Part shown: positions 1-9,751 of the stretch, piece after piece
Numbering within the stretch: position 1 is the stretch's first letter
How the letters are laid out: every line of letters starts with the position of its first letter
Origin: a virus
Lineage: Duplodnaviria; Caudoviricetes
Length of the DNA stretch: 64,000 nt
Virus record (IMG/VR): IMGVR_UViG_3300044633_000115
Span: 1,728 to 65,727 of that record
Strand: one strand, 5' to 3'
Position numbers and translations under genes: made by a program
The notes under the pieces: model-generated
The model's input: the letters and a program-made list of their open reading frames with translations, nothing else
What the model was told of the DNA's origin: nothing
Database searches by the model: none

Positions 1-1
1 C

Positions 2-634
2 ACATCCGAAGAAGGTGCCATCATTAAGCGCGAGTGGTGGAAGCTATGGGAGAGGGAAGACCCGCCAGACTGCGAATACATCATCATGACGCTTGACGCG
101 GCGGCAGAAAAGAACAACCGTGCCGACTTCTCAGCCCTGTTGACATGGGGCGTGTTTGAAGATGATGAGTTGACCCAAGGTGCGGCGCACTTAATACTGC
201 TGAACGCGATCAATGTGCGGGTGGAGTTTCCTGAGTTGAAAGACTTGTGCATGCGCGAGTACAAGGAGTGGGAACCTGACTCGTTCGTTGTTGAGAAGAA
301 GTCCAACGGCACCCCACTGTTCCAAGAATTTAGGCGAATGGGAATTCCCGTGGCAGAATTCACCCCACACAGGGGCACGGGTGACAAAGTGGCACGTTTG
401 AACGCTGTTGCTGATGTGTTCAGATCAGGCATGGTCTGGTATCCTGCGGGTAGGCGCTGGGCGGAAGCTGTGGTTGAGCAAGTAGCCGCATTCCCAGCCT
501 CTGAAAATGACGACATGGTTGACTGCACGTCAATGGCGTTGCAACGCTATCGCAACGGCGGATTTATTCGTCTTGACACCGACTATGAAGACAGAAATTA
601 TTTGTCGCGTTCGCGTAAAGCGGCGTACTACTAA
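2..634 (+). CDS. terL: Terminase large subunit, C-terminal nuclease domain (5'-truncated by window edge)
   Basis: Frame open from nt 2 (TSEEGAIIKREWW...EYIIMTLDAA); RNase H-like TerL motifs DFSA, VEKKSNG, GDKVAR, FP...DDMVD; directly upstream of portal. Confidence 0.93.
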   Translation, partial: TSEEGAIIKREWWKLWEREDPPDCEYIIMTLDAAAEKNNRADFSALLTWGVFEDDELTQGAAHLILLNAINVRVEFPELKDLCMREYKEWEPDSFVVEKKSNGTPLFQEFRRMGIPVAEFTPHRGTGDKVARLNAVADVFRSGMVWYPAGRRWAEAVVEQVAAFPASENDDMVDCTSMALQRYRNGGFIRLDTDYEDRNYLSRSRKAAYY

Positions 635-642
635 GGAAAAAT

Positions 643-3126
643 ATGGCGATTGACAAAGCAATTTATGGCGCACCGATGGGCTTGCAAGATACATCAGGTC
701 CAGCCTTAGAAATCGAGATAGATAACCCAGACATGGTGACTCTCGATGATGGCAGTGTAGAAATCACAATCGCACCGGGCGAAGAAAAAGGCAAAGACGG
801 CACAGCCTTCAACGACAACTTAGCCGACCACATGGATGAGGGCGAGTTAAATCAGTTATCTGGTGACTTGCTAGAAGACTACGACAACGACATCAGTAGT
901 CGCAAAGAGTGGGAGAAGACTTACACAGAAGGTTTAAAACTTCTTGGGTTGCAGTACGAAGAGCGCACTGAGCCGTGGAACGGCGCGTGTGGTGTGTTCC
1001 ACCCCATGTTGACAGAAGCAGTTGTTCGCTTCCAATCTGAAACCATCATGGAGACATTCCCAGCGATGGGGCCTGTGAAGACTCTAATCATTGGCAAAGA
1101 CACTCGCGAGAAAGAAGAAGCCGCCAAGCGCGTGCAAGATGACATGAACTATCAGTTGACTGAAGTCATGGTTGAGTACCGCCCAGAGCATGAGAAGATG
1201 TTATGGAACTTGCCCATCTCAGGTTCAGCATTTAAGAAGGTGTACTACGACCCAAGCCTTGGTCGCCAAGTATCGATGTTCATACCAGCAGAAGATGTGA
1301 TTCTGCCGTACGGCACATCAGAGATGACACTCGCACCCCGCGTGACACACCGCATGCGCAAAAGCGAGAACGAGATTAAGCGTCTTATCAATGCAGGGTT
1401 TTACCGCGACATCGAGTTGGGTGAACCAAGCAAAACAGTTGACGAGATTCAGAAAGCCAAAGACAAAGAGACAGGCTTTAGCGCGTCATACGATGACCGC
1501 TTCCAGTTGCTTGAGATGCACGTTGAACTTGATTTGGCGGGCTTCGAAGATAAAGACGAAGATGGCGAAGAGACAGGCATCGCCCTGCCATACGTCATCA
1601 CGATGGTCAAAGACACCAAAGAGATTTTGTCTATCCGTCGCAACTGGAAAGAGAACGACAAACTACATCAAGCGCGTCAGCACTTTGTACATTACCAATA
1701 TATACCCGGCTTTGGAGCGTATGGCTTTGGTTTGATTCACTTGATTGGTGGTGCCGCTAAGAGCGCGACATCTCTTACACGCCAGTTGGTTGATGCGGGT
1801 ACGCTGTCTAATTTGCCCGGCGGTTTGAAGACCCGTGGCTTGCGTATCAAAGGAGACGACACTCCCATCGCACCGGGCGAGTACCGTGATGTGGACATCA
1901 CATCAGGCACACTCAAAGACAACATCGTCAACCTGCCATACAAAGAGCCAAGCCAAACGCTGTTGGCGTTGATGAATCAGATCGTTGATGACGCACGCAG
2001 ATTTGCGGCGGTTGCTGATATGAAGGTGAGTGACATGAGCGCGAACGCGCCCGTGGGAACTACGCTTGCTATCCTTGAGCGCATGTTAAAGGTGATGTCT
2101 GCTGTACAGGCTCGACTGCACTACAGCTTGAAACAAGAATTAAAACTCTTGGCTGGCATCATCCGCGACTACACAGACCCAGACTATTCCTACGATGCTG
2201 ATGGTCCACGCGGCGCACAAGCGAAAGAGTCTGACTACCACAAGGTAGAAGTTATTCCTGTAAGTGACCCCAACGCCGCGACCATGTCGCAACGCGTTGT
2301 TCAGTACCAAGCCGTCATGCAGATGGCACAACAGTCACCACAGATTTATGACTTGCCACAACTGCATCGTCAGATGTTAAATGTGTTGGGTGTTAAGCAT
2401 GCTGAGAAACTCGTGCCGTTGGAAGACGACATGAAGCCAGTTGACCCAGTCACAGAGAACATGAATATCATGAAGGGCAAACCAGTCAAAGCGTTTATCG
2501 CCCAAGACCACAAAGCCCACATCGCTGTCCACATGGCGGCGATGCAAGACCCCAAGATTGCACAAGTGTTGGGTCAGAACCCACAGGCTCAGATGTTGAT
2601 GGCGGCGGCACACGCACACATCGCAGAACACCTTGGGTTTGCATACCGCCAACAAGTCGAAGAGCAGTTGGGCGTGCCACTACCAGCACCAGACCAACCG
2701 ATGGACCCGAAAGTGGAAGCACAACTTGCACCGTTGGTGGCACAAGCCGCGCAGCAGTTGCTACAAAACAACCAGAAAGAGGTTGCTCAACAGCAAGCCC
2801 AACAACAAGCACAAGACCCAGCCGTTCAAATCGAGCAGGCCAAGTTGCAGTTGGAAGGCAAGAAAGTTGAAATTTCCGAGAAGAAACTACAGATGGATGC
2901 GGCTGCGAAAGCAGATCAACTCGACATCGAGCGCGAACGCATCGCTGCCCAAGAACGAATCGCTGGCATGCAGACTGGCGCAAAAGCTGAGAGTGACAAG
3001 CTGAATCTCTCTGCTAAACAACAAGCCGAAGGCTTGCGTATAGGTGCTGAGGTGGCTAGAAACCAAGCACAGATGCAACAACAATCCGCCCAACAAAAGG
3101 CGCAACAACCGAAGGAAACTGATTGA
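643..3126 (+). CDS. Portal protein
   Basis: 827 aa right after TerL; HPMLTEAVVRFQ, GSAFKKVYYD, YGFGLIH motifs; long Q-rich C-terminal barrel as in P22-like portals; SD AAGGA. Confidence 0.9.
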   Translation: MAIDKAIYGAPMGLQDTSGPALEIEIDNPDMVTLDDGSVEITIAPGEEKGKDGTAFNDNLADHMDEGELNQLSGDLLEDYDNDISSRKEWEKTYTEGLKLLGLQYEERTEPWNGACGVFHPMLTEAVVRFQSETIMETFPAMGPVKTLIIGKDTREKEEAAKRVQDDMNYQLTEVMVEYRPEHEKMLWNLPISGSAFKKVYYDPSLGRQVSMFIPAEDVILPYGTSEMTLAPRVTHRMRKSENEIKRLINAGFYRDIELGEPSKTVDEIQKAKDKETGFSASYDDRFQLLEMHVELDLAGFEDKDEDGEETGIALPYVITMVKDTKEILSIRRNWKENDKLHQARQHFVHYQYIPGFGAYGFGLIHLIGGAAKSATSLTRQLVDAGTLSNLPGGLKTRGLRIKGDDTPIAPGEYRDVDITSGTLKDNIVNLPYKEPSQTLLALMNQIVDDARRFAAVADMKVSDMSANAPVGTTLAILERMLKVMSAVQARLHYSLKQELKLLAGIIRDYTDPDYSYDADGPRGAQAKESDYHKVEVIPVSDPNAATMSQRVVQYQAVMQMAQQSPQIYDLPQLHRQMLNVLGVKHAEKLVPLEDDMKPVDPVTENMNIMKGKPVKAFIAQDHKAHIAVHMAAMQDPKIAQVLGQNPQAQMLMAAAHAHIAEHLGFAYRQQVEEQLGVPLPAPDQPMDPKVEAQLAPLVAQAAQQLLQNNQKEVAQQQAQQQAQDPAVQIEQAKLQLEGKKVEISEKKLQMDAAAKADQLDIERERIAAQERIAGMQTGAKAESDKLNLSAKQQAEGLRIGAEVARNQAQMQQQSAQQKAQQPKETD

Positions 3127-3314
3127 TAAAAGAACTTGAAATACTACGAAAGAAATTTCGCGAACGCATGAACGAACTAGCCGATAACGTGGCTACGGGC
3201 AAGTGCGCTGATTTTGGTGAATACCAAAAACTCTGTGGGGTGATCGAGGGACTGGCCTACGCAGAGAGGGATTTAATCGACCTCGCAGAAACGATGGAGA
3301 AAAACGATGAGTGA
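3123..3314 (+). CDS. Small hypothetical head-module protein
   Basis: 63 aa, TTG start overlapping portal stop; YQKLCGVIEGL helix; sits between portal and GroES-like gene. Confidence 0.7.
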   Translation: MIKELEILRKKFRERMNELADNVATGKCADFGEYQKLCGVIEGLAYAERDLIDLAETMEKNDE

Positions 3315-3738
3315 ACTCACGCTAGAACCCGGCATGTATGCCATACCTGATGTACCCGCAATTTCTGAAAAAGAAGTTGAGAACATCCCCTTCGAAGACA
3401 GAGCCAAACAGTTGCCAAACCCCAAAGGTTGGATGTTGTTGGCGGCAGTAATCGATGTGCCTGAGACGTTTGAAGGCTCAAACATCATTCGCGCTGAAGC
3501 CACCCGTAGAGCAGACGAGATGACCTCGCCTGTCTTATATGTGATGGAACTTGGCCCCGAATGCTACAAAGATGAAACTAAATTCCCCAGTGGACCCCGC
3601 TGTAAGGCAGGTGATTTCATTTTGACGCGCCCGTATGCGGGAACACGCGTAAAGATTCACGGCAAAGAATTCCGCTTGCTCAACGATGACCAAGTAGAAG
3701 CAACCGTGCAAGACCCCCGTGGCATAAGCCGCGCTTAA
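3307..3738 (+). CDS. groES: GroES/Cpn10-like co-chaperonin
   Basis: LPNPKGWMLL...V.ELGP...KAGDFIL...YAGTRVKIHGKEFRLLNDDQVEATV matches the Cpn10 pattern. Confidence 0.85.
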   Translation: MSELTLEPGMYAIPDVPAISEKEVENIPFEDRAKQLPNPKGWMLLAAVIDVPETFEGSNIIRAEATRRADEMTSPVLYVMELGPECYKDETKFPSGPRCKAGDFILTRPYAGTRVKIHGKEFRLLNDDQVEATVQDPRGISRA

Positions 3739-3748
3739 GGAGACAAGT

Positions 3749-4780
3749 ATGTCAAAATTTAAAGGCGATACGTTTAGATTCCCCGACGAAGTACAAGTCA
3801 ACGTCAAAGACGAAAATACGGAAACGAAGGTTGAGTTTGAAATCGAGGGGCAAGAACCCGAAAAAGTAAGTAAAAAGGTTGAAAAGCAAGAACCTGAGAT
3901 TGAAATTGTTGACGATACCCCGCCCACAGAGACGCAATACGACACCAAAAACAAACATGTAGAAGACCCTACAGAAGAGGAATTGGAGTCGTATTCGTCA
4001 AATGTACGCAAGCGTATTGAGAAACTGACCTATGCACGCCGTGACGAAGAGCGTGCAAAACAAGCGGCATTAAGCGAAAAGCAAGAACTTGAAAAGTTAG
4101 CGCAATCGTTTGTTGAGGAAAACCGCCGTTTGCAAGAATATGTGCAAAGTGGCGAGAAGGCGTACATGGAAAAAGTCCAGACGCTGGCAAAGATAGAACT
4201 CGACAATGCCAAGGCCAAACTCAAGCAGGCGTACGATGCAGGGGATTCTGAGGCTCTTGCTTCCGCACAGGAAGAAATGATGCTTGCAGGCATGAAAGTG
4301 CAGCAAACACAAAATTTCAAGCCTACCCCTTTACAACAGCAAAATGATGTTGTACAGTCCGCTCAAACAGCCCCCGCACCTGCGGCACCCAAGCTGGACC
4401 CGAAGACATCCGCATGGATAGATCGGAATCCTTGGTTCGGTGACGATAAGGAAAAGGCCATGTCAGCTTATGCGATGGGACTGCATCAAGAATTAGTAGA
4501 CAAATACGGGCAAGACTTTGCCCGCACCGATGAGTACTTTACTCAAATCGACGACAACATGCGTCGCACATTCCCCAACAGGTTTAAGTCTGATTCAGAT
4601 GACGAACCAACTGTTCGGGACACTCCCAAAAACAAACCCGCAACTGTTGTTGCGCCTGCAAATCGTGTGACGTCTGCGAAGAAAATTCGCTTGACTCAAA
4701 CGCAAGTATCACTCGCCAAACGACTAGGTGTTCCCCTAGAAGTTTACGCAAAACATGTAGCTGCAATGGAGAATAACTAA
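3749..4780 (+). CDS. Capsid scaffolding protein
   Basis: Acidic N-terminus, long coiled coil, W..RNPWFG, C-terminal LTQTQVSLAKRLGVPLEVYAKH; upstream of MCP. Confidence 0.75.
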   Translation: MSKFKGDTFRFPDEVQVNVKDENTETKVEFEIEGQEPEKVSKKVEKQEPEIEIVDDTPPTETQYDTKNKHVEDPTEEELESYSSNVRKRIEKLTYARRDEERAKQAALSEKQELEKLAQSFVEENRRLQEYVQSGEKAYMEKVQTLAKIELDNAKAKLKQAYDAGDSEALASAQEEMMLAGMKVQQTQNFKPTPLQQQNDVVQSAQTAPAPAAPKLDPKTSAWIDRNPWFGDDKEKAMSAYAMGLHQELVDKYGQDFARTDEYFTQIDDNMRRTFPNRFKSDSDDEPTVRDTPKNKPATVVAPANRVTSAKKIRLTQTQVSLAKRLGVPLEVYAKHVAAMENN

Positions 4781-5229
4781 TGGCTGAAATCGACCGCACC
4801 GCACGTATCAAAACAACCCGTGACGCTATCAAACGCGTTGGGTGGCGTCCTGCCTCAGTTTTGCCAGACCCAGACCCACGTCCGGGTATTGCTCACCGTT
4901 GGATTGCAACGTCTGTTTTGGGTGAATCTATGCACACCAACGTGTCTAAAAAACGACGCGAAGGTTGGGAAGCCGTCAGAGCCGAGGACTATCCAGAATT
5001 AGAAATTCCGGGTAATTCCAGTGGCAATGTGGAAGTCGGGGGCTTGATGTTATGCGCGTGCCCACTTGAGATTGTGCAAGAACGCAATGAATACTTTGCG
5101 ATGCAAGCACAAGCTCAAACTGACTCTGTAGATTCGAAGTTCATGGGTCTTAGCGACCCACGTATGCCGACTTTTACTGAGAAAAAATCAAATGTGTCTC
5201 GCGGCACAGCTTTTGGTTCTGGTTCTTAA
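4780..5229 (+). CDS. Hypothetical head-module protein
   Basis: 149 aa, TAATG-coupled to scaffold gene. Confidence 0.65.
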   Translation: MAEIDRTARIKTTRDAIKRVGWRPASVLPDPDPRPGIAHRWIATSVLGESMHTNVSKKRREGWEAVRAEDYPELEIPGNSSGNVEVGGLMLCACPLEIVQERNEYFAMQAQAQTDSVDSKFMGLSDPRMPTFTEKKSNVSRGTAFGSGS

Positions 5230-5248
5230 TCTTTTTTTGGAGTCTTAA

Positions 5249-5845
5249 ATGGCATTTCCTACCGTTTCGGCACCTTACGGCCTAGAAGCCATCAACTCGC
5301 TTGATGGTAAACCCTATGCTGGTGCAATGCGTCAAATTCCAATTGCTGCTGGTTTCGGCACCGCTATTTTCAATGGCGATACCGTTCAAATCAACAGTGA
5401 TGGTTATTTGATTAAATCAACCTCTACTAATGCTGGCACTATTGTTGGTGTTTGCATGGGCGGTCAGTACGTTAATTCGTCTGGTCAAACCGTGCAAGGT
5501 CAATATATCCCCGCATTGGCTTCTACATCTGCTAACCCAGCTTACGCTTACGTTGTGGATGACCAACAAGCCCTGTTTAAAGTGGCCGTTGTTACCTCTG
5601 GTACAACTATGGGCACTGCAAGCCGCGCTGATGTTGGCTCTAACGTCGCTTTGGTGTTGAATGCAGGTAACACTAGTACTGGCAACTCAGCTTTTGCTGT
5701 GACATTGACTGGTGCCGGTACTACCGCAACTATCCCATTGCGTGTTATCGACGTAGTTGAACAAACTGCAACTGCCCCCGGTGTTTACGCCGAGTTGTTG
5801 GTGAAAATCAACGCCCACCAATACAACAACACCACTGGTGTTTAA
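5249..5845 (+). CDS. Capsid decoration/cement protein (putative)
   Basis: G/A/T/V-rich beta-type protein immediately upstream of MCP; SD GGAG. Confidence 0.6.
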   Translation: MAFPTVSAPYGLEAINSLDGKPYAGAMRQIPIAAGFGTAIFNGDTVQINSDGYLIKSTSTNAGTIVGVCMGGQYVNSSGQTVQGQYIPALASTSANPAYAYVVDDQQALFKVAVVTSGTTMGTASRADVGSNVALVLNAGNTSTGNSAFAVTLTGAGTTATIPLRVIDVVEQTATAPGVYAELLVKINAHQYNNTTGV

Positions 5846-5858
5846 GGAGTAAATTACC

Positions 5859-6767
5859 ATGGCTATTTCACGCGCACAACTACTTAAAGAACTCCTCCCC
5901 GGTCTGAACGCTTTGTTCGGCATGGAGTACGCTCGTTACGGCGAAGAGCACAAAGAAATCTTCGAAACCGAAGCTTCTGAGCGTTCTTTCGAAGAGGAAA
6001 CTAAGCTGTCTGGCTTCTCTGCCGCACCAGTCAAAAACGAAGGCTCTGCCATTTCGTATGACAACGCGCAAGAAGCATGGACTGCCCGTTACAACCACGA
6101 AACTATCGCTCAAGGCTTCTCCATCACTGAAGAAGCAATGGAAGATAACTTGTATGACAGCTTGTCTAACCGTTACACTAAGGCTTTAGCCCGTGCAATG
6201 TCTTACACCAAGCAAGTCAAGGCGGCATCTGTTTTGAATAACGGCTTCTCTGCTAGCTACCTCGGTGGCGACGGTGTTGCTCTGTTCTCTACAGCACACC
6301 CCTTGGTTTCTGGTGGCGTTAACTCCAACACCCCATCTACCCAAACTGATTTGAACGAGACTTCCCTCGAAGCCGCCGTTATTCAGATCGCTGGTTGGAC
6401 TGATGAGCGTGGACTGTTGATTGCCGCTAAACCACGCAAGTTGATTGTTCCTCCACAACTGATGTTCGTTGCTACCCGCCTGTTGGAGACAAATCTCCGT
6501 GTTGGCACAACTGACAACGACATCAATGCGTTGAAGAACAATGGTTCGATTCCAGAAGGTTATACAACTAACCACTTCTTGACCGACACCAACGCTTGGT
6601 TCTTGTTGACTGACGTACCTAACGGTTTGAAGCACTTCGAGCGTGTTGCTTTGGCAACTTCGATGGACGGTGACTTCGATACTGGCAACGTGCGTTATAA
6701 GGCTCGTGAGCGTTATTCGTTCGGCTGGTCTGACCCACTAGGCGCTTTTGCCTCATCTGGCTCTTAA
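5859..6767 (+). CDS. Major capsid protein (HK97 fold, Mu gpT-like)
   Basis: MAISRAQLLKELLPGLNALFG N-terminus, LFSTAHPL, PRKLIVPP, KARERYSFGWSD; strong SD AAGGAG; strongly biased codons; followed by terminator. Confidence 0.92.
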   Translation: MAISRAQLLKELLPGLNALFGMEYARYGEEHKEIFETEASERSFEEETKLSGFSAAPVKNEGSAISYDNAQEAWTARYNHETIAQGFSITEEAMEDNLYDSLSNRYTKALARAMSYTKQVKAASVLNNGFSASYLGGDGVALFSTAHPLVSGGVNSNTPSTQTDLNETSLEAAVIQIAGWTDERGLLIAAKPRKLIVPPQLMFVATRLLETNLRVGTTDNDINALKNNGSIPEGYTTNHFLTDTNAWFLLTDVPNGLKHFERVALATSMDGDFDTGNVRYKARERYSFGWSDPLGAFASSGS

Positions 6768-6776
6768 AAAGAGTGG

Positions 6777-6805
6777 AAAGGGAGCCTTGTGCTCCCTTTT
6801 CTTTT
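6777..6805 (+). terminator. Rho-independent terminator after MCP
   Basis: AAAGGGAGC-cttgt-GCTCCCTTT followed by TCTTTT. Confidence 0.85.
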
Positions 6806-6899
6806 GGTGTATATTTAACTAACCGGAAATTTCGGTGTATCAAACAGGTCCGGCTGACCTCATGCAGATTGATACGCCATAACGCATGGAGATATTCTT

Positions 6900-7364
6900 A
6901 TGGGATTCGCAACTCACTTAGGCCCGTGGTTACTGGGTACTACAAAAAACACAACAGGCACTACTGCCGCAACTACAGTTAACACTGGTTGTACTGTTGT
7001 ATCTCAATCTAAAAATGTTGTATTTGGCACTTTGACTGGAAATGCTGTTGCCGTTCCAGCAGGATCACAGATTGTTGACATTAAGGTTGTAACAACCGAA
7101 GTATTTAGTGCTGCAACAACCCTAAAGCTGTCTATTGGCGGTACAGATTTCACCACCACAGGAACGATTACTAGCGTTGGTAGCGTAACTCTGGGTGCTA
7201 ATGCAACTACCCCAGCATTGTGGCTGAACGTCGGTTCTACCGCTGTATTCATTGCTTACACAATGGCAGGTACTGCGTTGACTACTGGCGCTGCTACGGT
7301 CATCATTACATACGCTGTGCGTGATTCAAGCGGTAACCAAACTCAACCTGCTAGCCAAGTCTAA
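6900..7364 (+). CDS. Virion structural protein (minor capsid/spike, putative)
   Basis: Thr/Gly/Ala/Val-rich beta-sandwich-like composition; directly after MCP. Confidence 0.6.
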   Translation: MGFATHLGPWLLGTTKNTTGTTAATTVNTGCTVVSQSKNVVFGTLTGNAVAVPAGSQIVDIKVVTTEVFSAATTLKLSIGGTDFTTTGTITSVGSVTLGANATTPALWLNVGSTAVFIAYTMAGTALTTGAATVIITYAVRDSSGNQTQPASQV

Positions 7365-7371
7365 TCAATCC

Positions 7372-7394
7372 CGGGGGCTTCGGCCCCTGTTTTT
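7372..7394 (+). terminator. Rho-independent terminator
   Basis: GGGGC-TTCG-GCCCC (cUUCGg loop) followed by TGTTTTT. Confidence 0.85.
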
Positions 7395-7412
7395 AAAATT
7401 TAGGAGATTGAT

Positions 7413-7691
7413 ATGATGCAAACCGACGTTAAATCAGGTGCCGCCGCCGCTGGCGCAACTACCACTATTTTTGCAGGTCCTGCCCGCATTAAAGGCATAT
7501 CCATAAGTTATTCAACAGGCGCAACTGTTGTGTTAAATGATGGTACAGGTGGTACAGCTAAGTTTTCTTGGACTGCACCTGCGGCTGCGGGTTCTATTTA
7601 CATGGTGTTCCCCGGTGAAGGCATTAAATGCAGCACCAATATTTCCGCCGTAGTTTCTGCAACCACAACCGCAGTGGTGTTCTATGGCTGA
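7413..7691 (+). CDS. Small virion structural protein (putative)
   Basis: 92 aa beta-rich, FPGEGI motif; SD AGGAG. Confidence 0.6.
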   Translation: MMQTDVKSGAAAAGATTTIFAGPARIKGISISYSTGATVVLNDGTGGTAKFSWTAPAAAGSIYMVFPGEGIKCSTNISAVVSATTTAVVFYG

Positions 7692-8433
7692 TACCGAGAA
7701 AAGCATTAACCTAGTGGGGCGCAAACTTATGGTTTGCATTCCCGCTTACGATGGAAAGTTGAACATTGATTCAGCTTTCGCGTTGTCCAATCTAGCCGTA
7801 CAGGTTCAGTCGTTGGGGGTTAAGCTTTATCTCACACACCTTTCGGGGTGTTCTCTTATTACGAAGGCACGCAACTGTTTGGTTGCGGACTTCCTTAAAT
7901 CTGACGCAGACACGCTTTTGTTTGTCGATGCTGATGTGGTGGTTACCGCCGACGCAATACTCCGCTTGTTGGCGTTGAGTCTTGACAAAGACATCACGGC
8001 TGGTATCTACCCGCGCCGTGGCATGGACCGCAAATTCTTCCTCGACTACTACCTTGATGAGCAAGGTGCTCTGGAGTTTGACAAGAACGGCCTACTGCGT
8101 GTGAAGCGTATTGGTACTGGATTCATGATGATTCAGCGTCACGTTCTTGAGACGATGATTGCTAATCACCCAGAGTGGGACTACTTCAACAACGTAGATA
8201 ACCGTACTGACAGCGCCATCTTTGACTTGAAGATTGTGAACGGTGAGTATTACGGCGAAGACTACCTATTTTGCGACCGCGCAGTCGAAGACGGCTTTAC
8301 GGTTTATCTAGACCCATCAATTAGTTTGCCTCATGTGGGGCAAGAAAAGTTCACTCGTAGCTTTGAAGAAGACGTGTTACAGCCCTTACTTGCTGAACAC
8401 TGCACTCCAAAATTGAAAGTTGTAAATGGCTAA
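7684..8433 (+). CDS. GT-A fold glycosyltransferase-like protein
   Basis: CIPAY, SLITKARN, LLFVDAD (DxD), GTGFMMIQR, GEDYLFC, LPHVG motifs typical of phage GT2-like proteins. Confidence 0.8.
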   Translation: MADTEKSINLVGRKLMVCIPAYDGKLNIDSAFALSNLAVQVQSLGVKLYLTHLSGCSLITKARNCLVADFLKSDADTLLFVDADVVVTADAILRLLALSLDKDITAGIYPRRGMDRKFFLDYYLDEQGALEFDKNGLLRVKRIGTGFMMIQRHVLETMIANHPEWDYFNNVDNRTDSAIFDLKIVNGEYYGEDYLFCDRAVEDGFTVYLDPSISLPHVGQEKFTRSFEEDVLQPLLAEHCTPKLKVVNG

Positions 8434-8671
8434 ATCACCAGCATGGCAACGCAAAGAAGGCAAATCGGAGAAGGGTGGCTTGAATGCCAAGGGGCGAGCC
8501 TCCGCGAAAAAGCAAGGGATGAACTTGAAACCGCCGCAACCAGAAGGCGGCTCAAGGCGCGACTCTTTCTGTGCTCGTATGAGTGGGATGAAAAAGAAGC
8601 TGACATCCGCAAAAACAGCGAAAGACCCGAACTCTAGGATTAACAAAAGCCTGCGGGCTTGGAATTGCTAA
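8426..8671 (+). CDS. Small basic protein
   Basis: K/R-rich: MAKSPAWQRKEGK..GGLNAKGRAS...RRDSFCARM...SLRAWNC. Confidence 0.8.
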   Translation: MAKSPAWQRKEGKSEKGGLNAKGRASAKKQGMNLKPPQPEGGSRRDSFCARMSGMKKKLTSAKTAKDPNSRINKSLRAWNC

Positions 8672-8907
8672 TGGAAATGATTATTTGGAATTCACTCTTG
8701 TCTGCCTTGTCAGCCATACTCATGTGGGTGTGGAAAGATAAGTCGGACGAGTTAAAGCGGGTTGAAATCCTGCTTAATCGGACACGCGAGGAGGTCGCCC
8801 GTGATTACGCAACTAACGCAGAAGTGCAAAGAATTACTGACCACATTGACCAACGCTTTAACAAACTTGAAGCAAAAATTGATCAGCTTATCCAAGCGAG
8901 AGGCTGA
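8671..8907 (+). CDS. Small protein with N-terminal hydrophobic helix and coiled coil
   Basis: ATG at 8671 coupled (TAATG) to upstream stop; WNSLLSALSAILMWVW then coiled coil. Confidence 0.7.
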   Translation: MEMIIWNSLLSALSAILMWVWKDKSDELKRVEILLNRTREEVARDYATNAEVQRITDHIDQRFNKLEAKIDQLIQARG

Positions 8908-9242
8908 TGGCAACGGTAAGTAAACCAGTCAAACTCAGCAAAGGTGACAGTACCCGCGCTGATGTACAAGGTGTTAACCAGCCAAAGACCAATCACGGTG
9001 CGATGGCATTTTTTAAAAGAGGTGGAACTATGGCTACTAAGAAAATGAACGAAGGTTTTATGGCAATGATAGCTAAGAAAAAAGCTGGAGCCAAAGCAGA
9101 AATGCCAATGAAAAAAGGCGGCACTGCTAAGAAGATGGCTTCTGGCGGTTTAGCTTCCGGCCACAAGTCTGCCGACGGTATTGCTTCCAAAGGCAAGACC
9201 AAAGCCAAGCAGATCAAAATGGCTTACGGCGGTAAGTGCTAA
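8907..9242 (+). CDS. Small basic protein with four xxGG motifs
   Basis: K-rich; FKRGG, MKKGG, MASGG, MAYGG. Confidence 0.75.
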   Translation: MATVSKPVKLSKGDSTRADVQGVNQPKTNHGAMAFFKRGGTMATKKMNEGFMAMIAKKKAGAKAEMPMKKGGTAKKMASGGLASGHKSADGIASKGKTKAKQIKMAYGGKC

Positions 9243-9245
9243 ACC

Positions 9246-9521
9246 ATGATTCCGAGCCGTGGTATGGGGGCTATTGCCCCTAGCAAAATGCCTAAAGGCG
9301 TGAAAAAAGCACGCCGCGATGACACCGATTTCACCGAATATAAAAAGGGTGGGACGGTTAACGCCGCTGGTAATTACACAAAGCCCAGTCTGCGCAAGCG
9401 GATTGTGTCTCAGGTAAAGGCCGCAGCAACGCAGGGCACAGGCGCAGGTCAGTGGTCTGCACGCAAGGCACAACTTGTAGCCAAGAAGTACAAAGCGGCG
9501 GGCGGGGGCTACAAAGATTGA
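9246..9521 (+). CDS. Small basic protein
   Basis: YKKGG..NYTKP.LRKRI...GQWSARKAQL.AK.YKAAGGGY. Confidence 0.8.
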   Translation: MIPSRGMGAIAPSKMPKGVKKARRDDTDFTEYKKGGTVNAAGNYTKPSLRKRIVSQVKAAATQGTGAGQWSARKAQLVAKKYKAAGGGYKD

Positions 9522-9751
9522 AAGCGCCACAGCAATCCCTTAAAAATTGGGGCGACCAGAAGTGGCGTACCAAGTCGGGGAAACCCTCTTCCAAAACGGG
9601 AGAGCGTTATTTGCCAGAGGCGGCAATCAAGTCTTTAAGCCCAGCGGAGTATGCGGCAACCACCCGTGCGAAGCGTGCGGGCAAGGCGTCAGGTAAACAA
9701 TTCGTTGCACAGCCAAAAGGCGTCGCAAAGAAAACAGCGAGGTTTAGATAA
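9518..9751 (+). CDS. Small basic protein
   Basis: TTG start overlapping upstream TGA; KAPQQSLKNWGDQKWRTKSGK...GERYLP. Confidence 0.75.
   Translation: MKAPQQSLKNWGDQKWRTKSGKPSSKTGERYLPEAAIKSLSPAEYAATTRAKRAGKASGKQFVAQPKGVAKKTARFR

Noticed and set aside
5256-5263. TTCCTACC half-site at the start of the decoration gene
   Set aside because: Only one arm of the palindrome; expected by chance.
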